This document shows positions 1-13,559 of a stretch of 64,000 bases of DNA, piece by piece. The translations under genes and the position numbers were made by a program. Each line of letters opens with the position of its first letter. Within the stretch, counting starts at the first letter, position 1. The notes under the pieces were generated by a model. That model did not search any database, had not been told where the DNA came from, and worked only from the letters and a program-made list of their open reading frames with translations. Source of the stretch: Botryllus schlosseri (lineage: Eukaryota); NCBI GenBank assembly GCA_051294905.1, contig CM119373.1, positions 5,458,001 through 5,522,000 on the forward strand, read 5' to 3'.

Positions 1-225
1 TGATTTTAGATTTCGCCAGAACGTTAAGAAAAGAATTTTGAAATGGTGAAATTGATTTCAGTTGCAAAAAATCGCGAAACTTGCGCTAATCACAGCACAG
101 GTTTTGTGGCCACAAGAGCTTGTCTACTACTACATATTGGACGATATATACATGATTGTGATATGTAATAATGGCGGTGTGTGACAATTTCTGATTGCAG
201 TTAAGTTGTACTTTCCTGTTTTTAG

Positions 226-312
226 AGAAACCGATAGAAAGCAAAATAGTAGCTACTACAGTTGAACTTGAAGGGGTTTCGACAGTTACCACCGCAGGCG
301 ACAATACTACAA
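226..312 (+). CDS. Pentraxin gene A, Thr-rich linker exon (87 nt, phase 1-1; upstream exons unresolved or outside window)
   Basis: tttttAG acceptor and GTGAGT donor. Encodes KPIESKIVATTVELEGVSTVTTAGDNTT and splices in frame to the exon at 1564. Conserved at 49289-49375. Confidence 0.75.
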
Positions 313-1563
313 GTGAGTGCTGTCATATACCTATCGCCGTAGCCGGTGCGCAATAACGGAAATTACATATCATCTATCGACCACACCAGGTTGAATACCA
401 TACTATTGTTTATCATTCCTTTGGACCAGTAATTATTAACCTTTTTAGCGGTGGTATCCCTTGAACTGCCATGAAATTTTTCCCGTGCCCCCTATCCACG
501 ATTAAAAAGCAGTTTTTGAAGCAGCCCCAAAAACGTTGGTTTTTGGGCTCAGTATAGGGTTTCAACACGACTTCTGTGGATTTTTGGAACAGGAGACGTA
601 GCAGCGACTGAAGATATTAGTGTCGAAGGTTTCGCCAACGTGCTGTGTTTTAGGTTCCTAAAGTTTATCACTACCGATCTCTTTGGCAATGCGGTCTACG
701 TGGTCGCAGGTGCACCGAAACGTCATGGGTCTTGGTCTTTCTGGTGCGGAAGTTACGACCAGAGCCGAAATGCCGGAGTGGGACACTCCCGCTCCAGTAG
801 ATTTCCCACCCCTGGACTAAAGCACCCCAACGGCTTGATGTTTCCAGTCTCTTGTAATTACGATTAATGCTAGACTCGTTTCTTTAACTTAGGTTTTATT
901 TTTATTAATAGCCTACTCTTATGTTGTTGTAGGGGCTGGCATACCGAAATTTAAAGAAAAAATTCTCTTAAAAGAAAATCGCGCGAAGCGCGATGAAAAT
1001 ATCCGATTTGAAGAAATTCAATGAATAATATTCCACTTTTATTATGATTTGCAAAATAATTGATATCATAAAATAGCGTACGATTTCGCACTGCATCCCG
1101 TACCCATACCTTGGTGCCTCGCACCCCCATGAGGTCCATTGACTCCTGGTTGAGTACATCTGCGTTATGCCGTGTTTCAATGGGACAGGTATATGTAAGT
1201 TTAGTTGCCTCCCACAAGGAAAAGTTTTGAAATTTGAATTGAGTGCAATATTAATCCATTAAAGTACTCACAAAGGACATATTCGCCCTGCGGAATAAAT
1301 TGAAAGAATTGGTAAAGTATTAATTATCCATATTGAACGAGTTGTAGGTTGTCCAATTTCAATAATCGATGTACAACCATATTCTTCATCAACTGGCGTC
1401 GTAGTATGTTGAGTTGATACAGACACTTCCTTCAGCTGGCTTATACGAAATACGTGTTCGTCATTCAAATGTAATGATTAAATAATAATATACCAAACAC
1501 TTACTGAAATGCCGTTTTAAGTTTGAGCAAACATCATCATAAAACAAGGCATCTCCTTTTCAG

Positions 1564-2198
1564 CTTGCAACGAATCAGTCTTCACATTTTCCGAGGAGAA
1601 CCACCTTGATTACGTGTTGTACAATGGTACTTTACCTGAGATGTCATCACTCACAGTATGTGCCTGGGTTAAGCCTGACAAGGACAATGAATTTGTGAAA
1701 GGATCCCTCATCAGTTACTGCGAACCGCTCGGAAGCGATTGCAACACATTTTTTGTGCTGCTGCACTCAAATGGATCACGCCTCTTGCTCGTTTATGTCA
1801 ACTCACAATCCTATCGATTCTCGGGGGCTCCGTTCATAACGTCTCCTTCGCATTTTTGCGTGGTGGTGCACCCATACGAAGTGGGCTACTACATTAACGG
1901 TACTGAGCCAATGGATAGAATCGACCGTGAAAATTATATGAATATACCGACTGGCGGAGTGCTGATCTTAGGACAGGATCAAGACGGCAAAATAATCGGA
2001 AGGTCGCCAGGACAACCTAAAACTCCCCATCAGGGATTTCGAGGCGAAATTAAAGGTCTTCGTCTGTGGAAAAGAGCTTTGAGCACAGCTGAGATTGTGG
2101 ATTTGCACCGAGCTGGATGTAACTGTGCTACCTTCAACGAATCCAATTCGATCTTACATGGGCACGTGACTTCTCACTACGATATTTGCAAAGGTTGA
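1564..2198 (+). CDS. Pentraxin gene A, terminal exon encoding a pentraxin (LamG-like) domain
   Basis: ctccttttcAG acceptor. Motifs FTF..DYV, LTVCAWVK, HFCV, YYING, GGVLILGQDQD, FRGEI..LRLW.RALS..EI. Stop TGA 2196-2198. Confidence 0.92.
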
Positions 2199-3293
2199 GA
2201 CGATCGCAGTCGAGGTTGAGACGATTTGTTATTGACAGACAAAAGAGTATTGAACATTTTAAATTTTATTAGCGTCTAAGGTTTAATATTTACTGCATAT
2301 ATGCATAGGATTTGATGCGTGATTACATCTTCGGCTTTGCGAAGACACGTGACCAGGATTTAAAAAATCGCAGTAAATAATTTCGAATAAGTATGAGTAC
2401 CACCATACCAAGATAATTGATAACATTACCCACAGAAAGGATTTCGATGTCTTTCTAATCCAATAATTATACTTCCAATCGTTTGGATCCGTCCTATAAA
2501 TCGCTATAAGTCTCTTCAAGTCATTGGTTTAGTTTATGTTTCTTTACTTTAACCTGACGTTCTGAGTCGGTATTAAGTCTGTAACAGAGCTGAGCAATGT
2601 GCGGCCCGCGACGATATTTTGAGTGGCCTGCGAAAAGTTACTTTGCATGTTATCCCGTGGAATAATATCATTCGCTGTGTAAATATACTGGAAACTAGCT
2701 CATTATGAAGCCTGTTAATTTATGTGCCGCCATCGCATGGCCTGCGTACGTCATACCAGTAATTCAGATTCAGAATAAAGCCAATGTGCTGTAACAATTA
2801 AAGTCACAAAACGGCACTGTTTCCATTTAGTTTAGTTCAAACCTTATTTGTTGGCATTGCCACATTTACACCACTCTCTGACGTTCCAAATCCCTTATTC
2901 GAAAAACAGATCAATCAGTGCTCGTGATTAAACGGTTAACGGCCAGGCATGCATGTCAACAAGAATGGTGAAAATTCCAAGAACTTTCGGAGCACAAATA
3001 TTTGTTGACTTGAGTCAGGGTGAACCAGTCCTATAATTTGTGGCAAGCAGGTTTCCGTGGAGTAGATTTTGAGTCGGTAGAATGACAAAAAAGATGAAGA
3101 CAGACACTCGGCTAAGGGAAGGCGAATTTCGGAAACACTGCTAGTTTCCATCGACAACATAGCTATTTCAGCAAGCTGCACACTGCTCGGGAGGCAGCGA
3201 CCACGATAAGCTTTGTAGTATCCTGAATACATTTTTATGTCTTGATAAAAAAAAACGTGTTTGGAGGTTCAAGAAGAGTTTCAAATGTATCAT

Positions 3294-3563
3294 TTGTTTT
3301 TGGGTATTCATGGTGTTTGTCGACTACCAAGGTCATTTACACAAGGCCGATATTCTTCTTATTTTCCGTAGCTGCCGACTGGTAGCACGGCCCACCTCTA
3401 GGCTTTTGTAAGACACCGCTGACGTGGATGAGGTGGCGAGGAGGAGCCTAGGTAAACCTCCAACACTTAGGTATCGGAATTCGGAAGTCGACCTCGGTCG
3501 GACTCGAACCCGCACCCATTGGTGTTGCAGCCGCGGATTATACCACTGCGCTATCTTGCCACA
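3294..3563 (-). mobile_element. Full-length tRNA-derived SINE
   Basis: Minus-strand A box TAGCGCAGTGG and B box GGTTCGAGTCC, CA-rich tail, 14-bp TSD TTCAAATGTATCAT (3280-3293, 3564-3577). Absent from the duplicate site near 59620. Confidence 0.9.
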
Positions 3564-5107
3564 TTCAAATGTATCATGTTTACCATCGTTTTGAATTGTG
3601 ACGGCGAATAAATATTTTTTTTGTAAATTAATCGTGATTTTCTCATTTCCTAATATCAGTGCGTCCATAAGCGGCATGTAGCATGTATTAACAATGTATT
3701 TCCTTTCTCTAAATGTAGAAATACAATTAATACGTCGCAGAATATAGTTAAAACTTTTGACTTGGCCTACAATGTAACATCTGCTTTTAATATGGCCCCA
3801 TGATGGAAGATAATTGCCCACCCTTAGTCTCTAAGGAAGTTTCGAATAAGTGGCTCTCTTCCACTGGATTAAGCGATGGCTACGCGACGTTGCTCCTTCT
3901 CGTTGCCTGTGGCAGTGTGAAACACGGTAATGCTATCACTCCAATAAAAGTCCAAATAATCGATACAGCAGCTACACTACTATACGCAAGTGATCGTGCC
4001 TGAACCGTTCTCAGAATCGCTTTCATCGATAGCATGGATAATGGACATGCGCTATCAGAGGCGCTCAGTAACAGAGTACTTCTACTTTTTCAAAGTAGAC
4101 AGGTAGTTTCCCACTACTTGCAGTAATTCATCATGTAAATGTAATTTTCCGCTATATCTAATTCGTAATAATTTGTTATTTACTTACTTTTCTCGGGTAA
4201 AAGTGCTATATTCCTCAAATTAGAGCTAAAGACTGAGGGCTGGTTTCATGTTGTACCAAGAAGAATTTAATTCACACAACAGCAACTAAACCCAGATTTT
4301 TTTTCGCGCCTCGCGCAAAGTTGATATGCAGTGACGATCATGCTTTCACACGGTATTTGGTAAATATTAATTTACGGAGCGGGTTGCGTGGTTCCGCTCA
4401 CAGCGCATTGTCACCCATATGGCATGATTCAACGCATCAAATATGGCTCATCACAATGTTTGAAACTGCCGTTTCGCAATCTAGCATCTACTTATCGTAG
4501 CATATTCTTGCAGCACTAAGCGTGTCCTGATCTGGAATAGTGGTATCTGACTTTTTTAAGCGCCAAGTCCCAACATTGGTATGTTTTAGCTTTGAAACTT
4601 TCTGGAAAAAAATACATGAAATATGGTGGTGATCAGCAATTAGGCAATAATTTTTTTAATCAGATTAGTTCCGTTCTACAGTATATTGTCTCGTTATCGT
4701 TACCTTGTCATTCAATTCTCTTCTGCTCTGCTGCCAGATATCTTGCTTAAAGCCACATTGGTTACCTTAACTTTAATAAACCTTTAGTCATGTTACGACA
4801 ACGCAATAGTCAGTTTTCGACACTAACTGTGGTGCCTGTTTCAAGTTGGAACATTCAGCACAATACATCAGTTACGTAGGCCTATCTATGAAATACGCAA
4901 TGCAACTATTTCGAATATGCACTGTAGAAAAACAGTAGCTCGTTGTGTATCAGCAGAAATCCGCAATTTACAATCCTCTTGTAATACTGCGATACATCAT
5001 ACGTTTTGTAATTCCATCGAATGGCTTGACCAGCGAGATAAGTAAGATATATTACAACCGAGAATACATTTGAAACAAATTCTAAATCGCGGCCGTTTCA
5101 AGATCCA

Positions 5108-5721
5108 TCAGTCTCCATGACAGATGACATTCCTATCAACGATTACGCCACTGGTGGCGTACGAATTAGAACTATTGAGAGTGAAAATGGCGTCATCTGC
5201 GCAATTGCATTCACCGGCTCCGTACAAATGTTTAATTTCAGTTGCGTCCAAAGCTTTATTCCAAAGTTGAAATCCGGTCATCTCACCAAGGAAGCCATGC
5301 GAGCGTTCGGACGATGGGTGATTTTGACCAACGACCAGCACGCCACCTCCTCGTATGCTTTTCATGCCCGTAAGGTCACGAGTTATGAGTGTTCCATTAA
5401 CGTATGAGGTAGTCCAAGATGGGTTCATTGAAATGCACGTATGAGTTTCATAAATGATTCCAGGTAGAATTAAAAACATCGGTCGCCGTCCCGGAACTGC
5501 AACACGCAATGTGTTTCCAATCAAATAGATCGTCATGTCGCTATAGCTCTGATTTCCCTTTATCCGGTAGCTAAATATGAAACCATAAACCGGATTGCGA
5601 TCATGAACCTTCCTCAGCCAAACGCACACAGTAAGTGACGTAATGTTAGGCAATGTATCCTCGTATTGGACGTAATCCAAATGTCCGGTTCTCGGGAATA
5701 GGACTTGAGAGACATTGCATC
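5108..5721 (-). CDS. Pentraxin gene B, terminal pentraxin-domain exon
   Basis: Acceptor atattccAG. Reads GCNVSQVLFPRTGHLDYVQY, LTVCVWL, HTCIS, YVNG, GGGVLVVGQ, FLGEMTGFQLWNKAL. Confidence 0.9.
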
Positions 5722-6156
5722 CTGGAATATTTGCAACAAAATGTTCAAATCGGCTAAATTTCGATTTATTCGTTTCAGTCTTGAAACCAAAATAAATATT
5801 GTATTTATTTATTTTTCAGCCAAATAATGTCACTATAACACCTGCAAGGGAAGACGAAGGTATTGATTGAAATGACGTGTTGTAACACCTACTATCTCAA
5901 AACGAACTGATGCTGCCGGCGAGAGAAACTAAAATAATTGACGTGAACAATAAGTACCTTTACGAATGAACACAGGGCAGCAATGTGTTTTAAACGAAAA
6001 TATATGTTGGATCGATTGCCATGTTTATTAAGGACCACGAGTCCTGCGCATTTGTCAAACGACAGACATCTCATCACCTGCGACGTTACAATCATTGTCA
6101 ATTAACCTTTAATTAGTCGTGATCGTATCATTTTGACACATTTCACATCGAATGGG

Positions 6157-6310
6157 CCTCCTCTCCACCTCATCCGCGTCAGCGGTGTCTTACAAAAGCC
6201 TAGAGGTGGGCCGTGCTATAAGTCGGCAGTTACGGAAAATACAAAAGAATATCGGCCTGGTGTAAATGACCATAGTAGTCGAGAAACACCATGAATACCA
6301 ACAAAACAAA
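6157..6310 (+). mobile_element. 5'-truncated copy of the same SINE family
   Basis: Matches the 3' part of 3294-3563. 12-bp TSD ACATCGAATGGG (6145-6156, 6311-6322). Confidence 0.88.
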
Positions 6311-7098
6311 ACATCGAATGGGTTTTGATGAAACAACTTGTCTATGTCATCATTGGATAAAGATAGCTTCTGGTCTGTTAAACATGAGTAAATTTGTTTC
6401 CTGGATATAGTATTGATAAGCTGAAGTAGGAATTTTGGACGGGACAAAATTACAAACACTAAATTCAAAATCAGAATTTATTTTCCATCACATATGGCTG
6501 AAATTACTCCTTCGTTGCAGTTGCAAAAGTATGTCATGGTAACAAAAAATAAAGATACTATGCTGATATCGCAGAAATGATGTGTGTGAACTTTCACGTT
6601 GAACTAACGAGTCGTAGCCATAGTCGCGAGTCGGATCGTTTTAGCCATTAGAAGTTAGACTCGCACTTCTCATCGAGTCCCTATTTTGTTAGTGTACGAG
6701 TCTTGGTATGGAAACGGAGTAGCTACTTAAAAACTCACTAATTCGTGAATCAGAGCTGAGTCGCGAAGTTCAATTCTGCGGTGTGGGGAGCAGGGCCGGG
6801 GTAGCATTTTGAAATCTAACATGATATCGGAATCAAGTTACATAGAAATAGATATCTCGAGAATATGAGTGGTTTCAATGGAAAAAGCGACATAATTCAA
6901 TTAGAATAAGATCTGTAAACTTATCAGCATCATTAGGACCTGAGATCGTAATTCAGACGTTTTTCTGGGTTTGAGCTTTTTTACTAGAATACCAAATTGC
7001 TGCCTAGTTCAGAACTCAATCTCCCAAACTCAATGGTTTCGGATAATATTTTGAAGCACTGCTGGCCTTGTCATACAGTCACTATTTGGATAGCTTAC

Positions 7099-7395
7099 CT
7101 GTATGCTTGTAAGCTTTCGAAGTTGTCACTGCGTGACCTTTTATTACTGCAGTTGTTGCCACTGTTGTTGTAGTCGTCGTCCTCGTCGTTGTTGTGGGTA
7201 ATGTTGCTTTTGTTGTGTTTGCTACGGGCGTATGTCTTGTTGTTGGTAGTGGAGCTGTTACTGTGCTAGTAGGATCCGCATCTAAATCTCGGATTGTTAC
7301 ATCTCCTTCTTTATTCGTCACGCGAGTTTCAACTGATGCTATATTTCCTCCTGCCATTTCAAATACTCTTTCCAGCGCTCGCAAATCCACCGCAT
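7099..7395 (-). CDS. Pentraxin gene B, mucin-like Thr-rich stalk exon (297 nt, phase 1-1)
   Basis: Reads DAVDLRALERVFEM...PTTTTRTTTTTTVATT...KHT. GTAAGC donor, in phase with the exon at 5721. Paralogous to 20180-20383. Confidence 0.85.
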
Positions 7396-7602
7396 CTGCT
7401 TAGAAATTTTATCTATTTGAATGATTTGAACAATCGATTCTAATCATAATAATAGCATGAGGAATACTCTACTTCCAATCAATAATGGAAAGTTAGGAAT
7501 TGGTTGAGGAGGAAAAATGAATGATTATTATTTATTTAAATTAATTAGGGAGAAATAAACTTAAACATAAATTAAATATGATTATGTAGGAAACTGACTC
7601 AC

Positions 7603-7612
7603 CTGAAATTTC
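7603..7612 (-). CDS. Pentraxin gene B, 10-nt microexon (EIS)
   Basis: ttttgacAG|GAAATTTCAG|GTGAGT. Phase 0-1 fits both neighbours. Paralogous microexon at 20670-20679. Confidence 0.75.
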
Positions 7613-8276
7613 CTGTCAAAAGAAAATATAACAACTCACAATACAATTTTAGCGAAAATGTGAGTATTACCACCTACTACCCCCAATGGGGGTACAAGAA
7701 ATAGTAACCTACTTCCTCACTGGGTTATATGAGTGTGCACAAGGTCAGTTCCGACAAATGGATATGGATAGAGGCAAGATTTCGGGGCCGAACTTGTTAG
7801 CCTGATTTTCACCCTACGCTATGCTGGAAATAGGTGCTAAGTGATGCTACCAATGTAGACAAGTAAATATATCTTCAATTCTCAAGTTTTTTCAAGTCAT
7901 TGCTAATTTTTACAAGTCATGTCACTCGATTTTTAAGGAAAACGAGTAGAGCTAAGTCGAATTTTTATAATACAAGACATTGTAGAAGCAATGAAACCGG
8001 ATATTACTCAAGCCATTACATTTGGAAAGAATAGTGGCGCTCTTCAGAGGTACTCCTGAGCAACTAGCATAGAAGTGAAAATAGTATTGTTTATCAACAA
8101 TCGTGTCACCAAACATGACGTCACCGCCATGAAATTCAAATATTCGATTTTATTTAGTTCTGTCATTGAGGAAATACAGATAAACCCTTCCATGGCGCGG
8201 AACTATTTGCAGTATATTCGATATGCCGCTTATAAATAGTATCGATATTACGTAAGATTAGACCTGGACAACTTAC

Positions 8277-8323
8277 TATGGTCATTTGCCTTGTTCCACA
8301 GGTAGAAGTTGATCCAACGCTGT
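8277..8323 (-). CDS. Pentraxin gene B, 47-nt exon (SVGSTSTCGTRQMTI)
   Basis: ttctacAG acceptor and GTAAGT donor. Homologous to 20849-20895, with synonymous-type changes in this frame. Confidence 0.7.
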
Positions 8324-8519
8324 CTGTAGAATATTACTGGATTAAGCATTTCTAAATTGAAGATATCTACGATGTCAAGTAAATTATGTATAATATAATA
8401 GGGGTCCAAGAGAGACATCACGAAATGGCAGTGAAGTGATATGTACTTGCACAACATAGCCCTATAAGACTTATTTCTATTACTTTAGCGCTGGAGCATA
8501 CTTTGTTATCCATACTCAC

Positions 8520-8570
8520 AGTATTCATTTTATTATTGTAGATAGTAGATACGGATTTTGCTCCATAAAG
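8520..8570 (-). CDS. Pentraxin gene B, candidate 51-nt exon (LYGAKSVSTIYNNKMNT)
   Basis: ccttcAG acceptor and GTGAGT donor. Open only in phase 0-0, so it needs a further unresolved exon near 8400-8461. Confidence 0.45.
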
Positions 8571-9608
8571 CTGAAGGTAGATCAATTCCTAACAATTCCT
8601 ACCTATGATTTGAGTTAATATACCATAGATCGGGCTGTCAAACATACGCCCCGCGGGCCGCATACGGCTTGCCAGACTATTTCATCCGGCCCGGAAACAC
8701 TTTCGAGTAATGAAATATGCTCTTCTTATTCAGCAAATTTCTATCAAAAATTGATATTTGAATGCGAATGGTCAAACAGTTGCATAACTTCAGATCGAAA
8801 ATGTTCACGGCCTCCTTAAAAACTCGAATGCACATTAAATATTATTGACACAAGTCCCACCGTCCGCATTTAGAACCTTGCCTTTCTCGCAAAATATACG
8901 AAGACCCAACCCCACATCACGACTAAAACAAAGGGAGCATATACATATATCCACTTATATCTTCATCACCCGCCGGTTGGCGACACTCTTTCTGCGGTTT
9001 ATGGCTGTAACTAATCTGTCTCCCATCGTAATATTTACAATTTCGTATTGTGCGACTAAAGTTGTTGCCAGAATAGAGCCCATATTATCCGCAATATATT
9101 GTACAATGCATGGGCTTGATAGTTTATCATTCCCTTGAAAATAAAGGCATGGATTCCGAAGAAAAACTTGGTAATCATTTAACTGGTTCGGCCCGCCATC
9201 AATGAAAAGATTTGAATCAGACCCGCGATCCAAATTGTGTTTGATACCGTCGAAACCAACAGGTTAATTTGAAAGAAAGCACCTTTCAAATAAATACTCT
9301 CTCTCGAGAACTTTCACCGCATTGCGATTCCATGTAATGAAATTTAGTTGCTCAGCCGAATAAAGATCGTATAACGAATACTCTGACAGTTCGACGATGC
9401 AGGATTCCAAACAAACCTCTTACAATCGGAATTGCGACTGATGACGGTATAGTGTAAGAAGGATAATGACGATAGGATCAATTGGGGTCTGTCCCATTCC
9501 TGTCCATCGGGTGCAGTAATAAGAAATTAAGCTGTTGGTGTGAACTTATATGCGAATCATAAGACCACATTAGGCACATAACCCAATATATATGCAGATC
9601 TCACTTAC

Positions 9609-9663
9609 CTCCTGGCCGAAGTATCAAAAGAGCTAATAACAACTCCGAATGCATGCTTTTCAT
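9609..9663 (-). CDS. Pentraxin gene B, candidate first exon encoding a signal peptide
   Basis: aaATG start, MKSMHSELLLALLILRPG, strong G|GTAAGT donor. Exons between 9280 and 9545 unresolved. Confidence 0.6.
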
Positions 9664-10474
9664 TTGCAGATTCGAATTCATGGGATAACACGCATCCTTC
9701 CAATTTAAAGCGTTCGAATATAACATAAGCCTGGATACCACACGCATGATATTCTCAAAGTTAATTCCGGACGTAAGCCCTCATTTCCTACGATCAATCA
9801 TAATCATGCTATGTAATTCGGAACTATATTAAGGCATATAGTTACTGCGACCTTCATGGATAATTTTCGGGTTGGGTTTGAGATGACGTGAATATCAAAA
9901 ACGCACAGTAGATATTAGCATGGATTTTTAATACTGGGTTGGAAAGTTGCGGTGATGTGATACTGTTGATTTTCAGGGGGAATTACCATAATTCACCGTC
10001 CTCCATTGTCTCTCTTTCCTAGTCCCCAAAGACCTTGAGAAAGCGACTTGGGAAAAACTTGTGCATCCAATGTCCACCCAAATCATTTACCAAATAATTA
10101 GCCTACATCAGGGGTTGCCAACCTTTTTGCTATTCACGGCCGCATTTTGATTAGTTATGTAGCCTACAGCCGTATTCCAGGGCATGGTTCGTAATGAAGA
10201 AACTGGACGTCATCTACTCATTCTAAACTGTCCCTGTCCATTTTCGGTGAGCTCCAAACTAATTTATTTATTTATTCATATCGGCTTTCTATACGCACCG
10301 AAATCGCGAGTGGTCATGTTATGAAAAGATTCTTGGTTACGTCTTGGTCGAAAAGTTTTCAGATTTACGAATGAATTTGGTCATTAATAATAGTATTTTC
10401 ATATATTCCTATCAAAACTTTATCCTTTCTCAGCCTATGTGATCAGATTCCCCGGTAGAGTTGATAGAGGGTGG

Positions 10475-11997
10475 GGGTGTTAAAAAAAAAACTATTTTCC
10501 AAATTTATTCGGCTCGGTTGTAAAATCGTCAGCATACCTAAAATACCGATGCGCATAAAATTTGACTCAATTCCGACCAGTAGTAGGTCAGTCAAATTGA
10601 AATTTCAGTCAAATTGAAATTGCTGTCACTTTTGAAACAATAGTATCTACGGTGACCAAGTTCGTCACACCGAATTTGGAAATTAGTCCACTTCATTGAA
10701 ATAGACACGGTAAAACGATTGTGAGATAATTTCACAATATAGTACTTTACACACTAAAATTAACGACTACGAAAAGGAAATGAACCGATAATTAGCACAT
10801 GAAATATGGGTGAATATATTTTTTAAGTGATAGTCATTATCTATATTCTTTGTCTGTCCAATGTAGATTTCTTCACGAAACAATTTGATATTATATGATA
10901 TTTTATCATTTGCTCTGCAGCACTCCTATAGTACTCTCCCAGGCGAATTATAAGACTAATGGGCATCGTGGCAGATCTTCTTCGTATCAAAAGTTATCGT
11001 CCTCTATTCATGTCATCCTCCATCAAAGGTTAGTACCATCTAATTGTATCCATATATCGTCGTAAAACACCAATGCTTTTTATTACTCTATGACAAGAAG
11101 GGGTTCAGGGGATCATTCAAAGACCAGAAAATGACTAATGTGGTATATAAGTTCAGTGGGTTACCATTTGGTTTCCCTGAAGCTCGCAAAGTTTTGAGCA
11201 CATAAAAAGCTCTAGTATCAACGCTTATGTGAAGTAACAGAAATGCTTTTTCAACTCATAAATACTATTCATTGGCAAAGCCCATTCTCAATTGCAATCC
11301 GCACCATTTTAACGCTCTGGGTCAGTCAATGTCAAGTAGCAGAGAAATATTCGAACACAGAGCTCCTGAGGAATGCAACTAATGTCACTGTTGATGATAT
11401 TTTGGGAATGTCGACTTTGCAATCAGTAAAAAGTTCAAAATCAAGGCAGAGAGGGATCGGTTTGCCCTGCCTAAATTGGAAAGATTTCGTGAAATCTAAA
11501 TTGGCCCGACAAAAAATACTTCTAGATATAACTTGAGAAATATAATTATCCCTATTTTACCTTCTTGTCAGTTCATTTCCTTTTCGTGGTCGTTAATTTC
11601 AGTGTGAAAAGTATTCTATTGGAAAATCATCGCAACATCCTTTTAATGTGACTATTTCAAGGAAGTGGACTAACTTCCGGCAATCCATGTCATATCTTTT
11701 TTTTCGTTTACTTGCGACGTCTTCATCCAAACTCCACCATAGACCCGTGTTAAGATCAAAACAAGTGGAAAAGACACCCCTGCCTCTTCAGGCATACCTG
11801 GAATACGATTTTTGGTAATCTCGTTGTGACGAAATTGGTCACCGTAAAAACTATTATTTTAAAAATGACTGAAATTTCAATATGACTGACCTCGGCTGAT
11901 TGGGACTGAGTCAAATTTAGTGTGCAACGTCTCTTTAAGTAATCTGACGATTTGTCGATAAATCCGATAAAATTTGAAAAAAAAAATTCAACACCCC
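10475..11997. mobile_element. Long-TIR MITE-like element, superfamily unassigned
   Basis: Degenerate inverted repeats of over 200 bp starting GGGGTGTT and ending AACACCCC. TSD not clear. Confidence 0.6.
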
Positions 11998-12124
11998 TAA
12001 TGCAGGGTGTTTTCGAAAATTTAGGGCAAGTTATAAATGATGATGTATCTTCGGGTGAGCCAATTGTAATTATTCACTTTGTTGTATGTTTTTTTTAGCT
12101 CTCATCAGGATTGTTGGTATAGTG

Positions 12125-13559
12125 CAGTGGTTCCCAACCTTTTTCATCTCGTGCCTCCCTTGACCGAAATTTATACCAAAATTCCCCCCTTAGGATAAAT
12201 CTGCCCGATGATTAAAAAAGGTCAATTTACCGCGCAAACACCTGTTGACTGAGATAATAAAACGGACGACACCGAGTGTTTGTTTCTAACAGTGCTGTAA
12301 TAACACTTTGTAGACCTCCAAAAACAACGGTCTTGGTCCCAATCAAACAAATTCTGGAAGGCTTGACTCAACAGACCCTCACACTTCCATTTTTGTTTCC
12401 GGCTTACCATGCACCAATCGCTAATATAACTGTTGTGCAAAATCAGTATAAATTTACTGGTCTCGCGATTTTTTTCTCAAGTTTGCGTATGCATTTCGCC
12501 AATAATATTGGTACTTTCATATATCGGAGGGTTTACCAGACTCGAGTCTGACTCGAGTCCCCATTTTCTGAAGACTCGACTTGACTCGAGCAAAGCCATA
12601 TGACCCGAGACTATAAGACGGCCAAGACCGACATTTCATTGTAATTTCGAAGAACAGTAAAGTGACCACCCTATTGGAATTTCGACTATTGATCCTGGTA
12701 CTTGACAATGCGACATGAAACTGCTCATAGTGAGGAAAATTAGAATATCATAAATCCAAATCCTTCAATATCACCAAACAGTGTTGACTGGAGTGTTACT
12801 TGAACTCGGACTCGAGTCATAATACCATGACTCGGAGTCGATCCTCCGCTCGGTGACTTGGACTCGGACTCGACTCAATAGTGAATTGAAAATGACTCGA
12901 CTTGACTCGAGTCAAAGTTATGAAAGCGAGATTGACTTGTGACTCGAAGCATCGTGACTTGGTTACAGCACTGATGTATAACATACACGTGATCAGATTT
13001 CATGCTGGAGCTCATTGAAATTTAGGATATCCATCACGTTTCGGCAACATTGCACCAAGTTTAACGTGTCTTTTTTCGATCCGGCAGCTGTTCCCTAAAA
13101 TAAAGCAAGGCTAGCGATTTCTTTGACTTGATTCGATGACGTTGGAATATTTTGTCAATGTCGGAAAATGTTGACTTGAAAATACAAGATAAATCCCTTC
13201 AACTAGAGGCCTTGTGATAGATTTCGCACGACATTTGCTCGCTTAGGATATTTGATTGACTGGCCGTGGCTGGCCAATAAAATTGTCTTGCGAACTGCAG
13301 CACATTTGAACTAGTTTAAAAAAAAAGGGGGGGGGGGAATTTGTATGTGAAAAAGAGATTTCCAATAGCATTTGAAAATACTTTCAGCTAACAAATAACA
13401 GCCATAAGGAGCATATACGTTCGAATATAACTGGTCGACTGCATGACAGTACGGACCTGAACAATTTGGGAAATCCGTTACAATTCTAAAGTGGAATTCC
13501 TCCCTAAACATTGCAAAATTCCCCCAAGGGGGGAATTCCTTCCCGGTTGGGAACCACTG
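12125..13559. mobile_element. Non-autonomous hAT (Charlie-like ends) with internal GACTCGAGTC array
   Basis: TIR CAGTGGTTCCCAACC, 8-bp TSD GTATAGTG. Second copy at 37639-39218. Confidence 0.92.

Larger units (their letters stand above)
70..4018 (+). repeat. Segmental duplication, copy 1 (copy 2 at about 49145-60074, expanded by TE insertions)
   Basis: Colinear, near-identical sequence including introns and 3' flank. Confidence 0.95.

Noticed and set aside
62..177. Additional upstream exon of pentraxin A
   Set aside because: Open frames exist, but the A and A' copies differ by a 13-nt indel, so no consistent model could be chosen.
951..1217. Minus-strand ORFs repeated at 49968-50243 (likewise 2283-2519 and 53715-53951)
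   Set aside because: Similarity is explained by the segmental duplication. They are antisense to intron or 3' flank and have no motifs.
3490..3563. tRNA gene
   Set aside because: The A/B boxes are the head of a SINE with body, tail, TSD and several other copies.
3333..3821. 162-aa minus-strand ORF
   Set aside because: Runs through the SINE, which the duplicate lacks, and has no recognisable motif.
9976..9988. NF-kB site upstream of pentraxin B (GGGGAATTACC)
   Set aside because: Imperfect consensus match and a single short motif with no conservation evidence.
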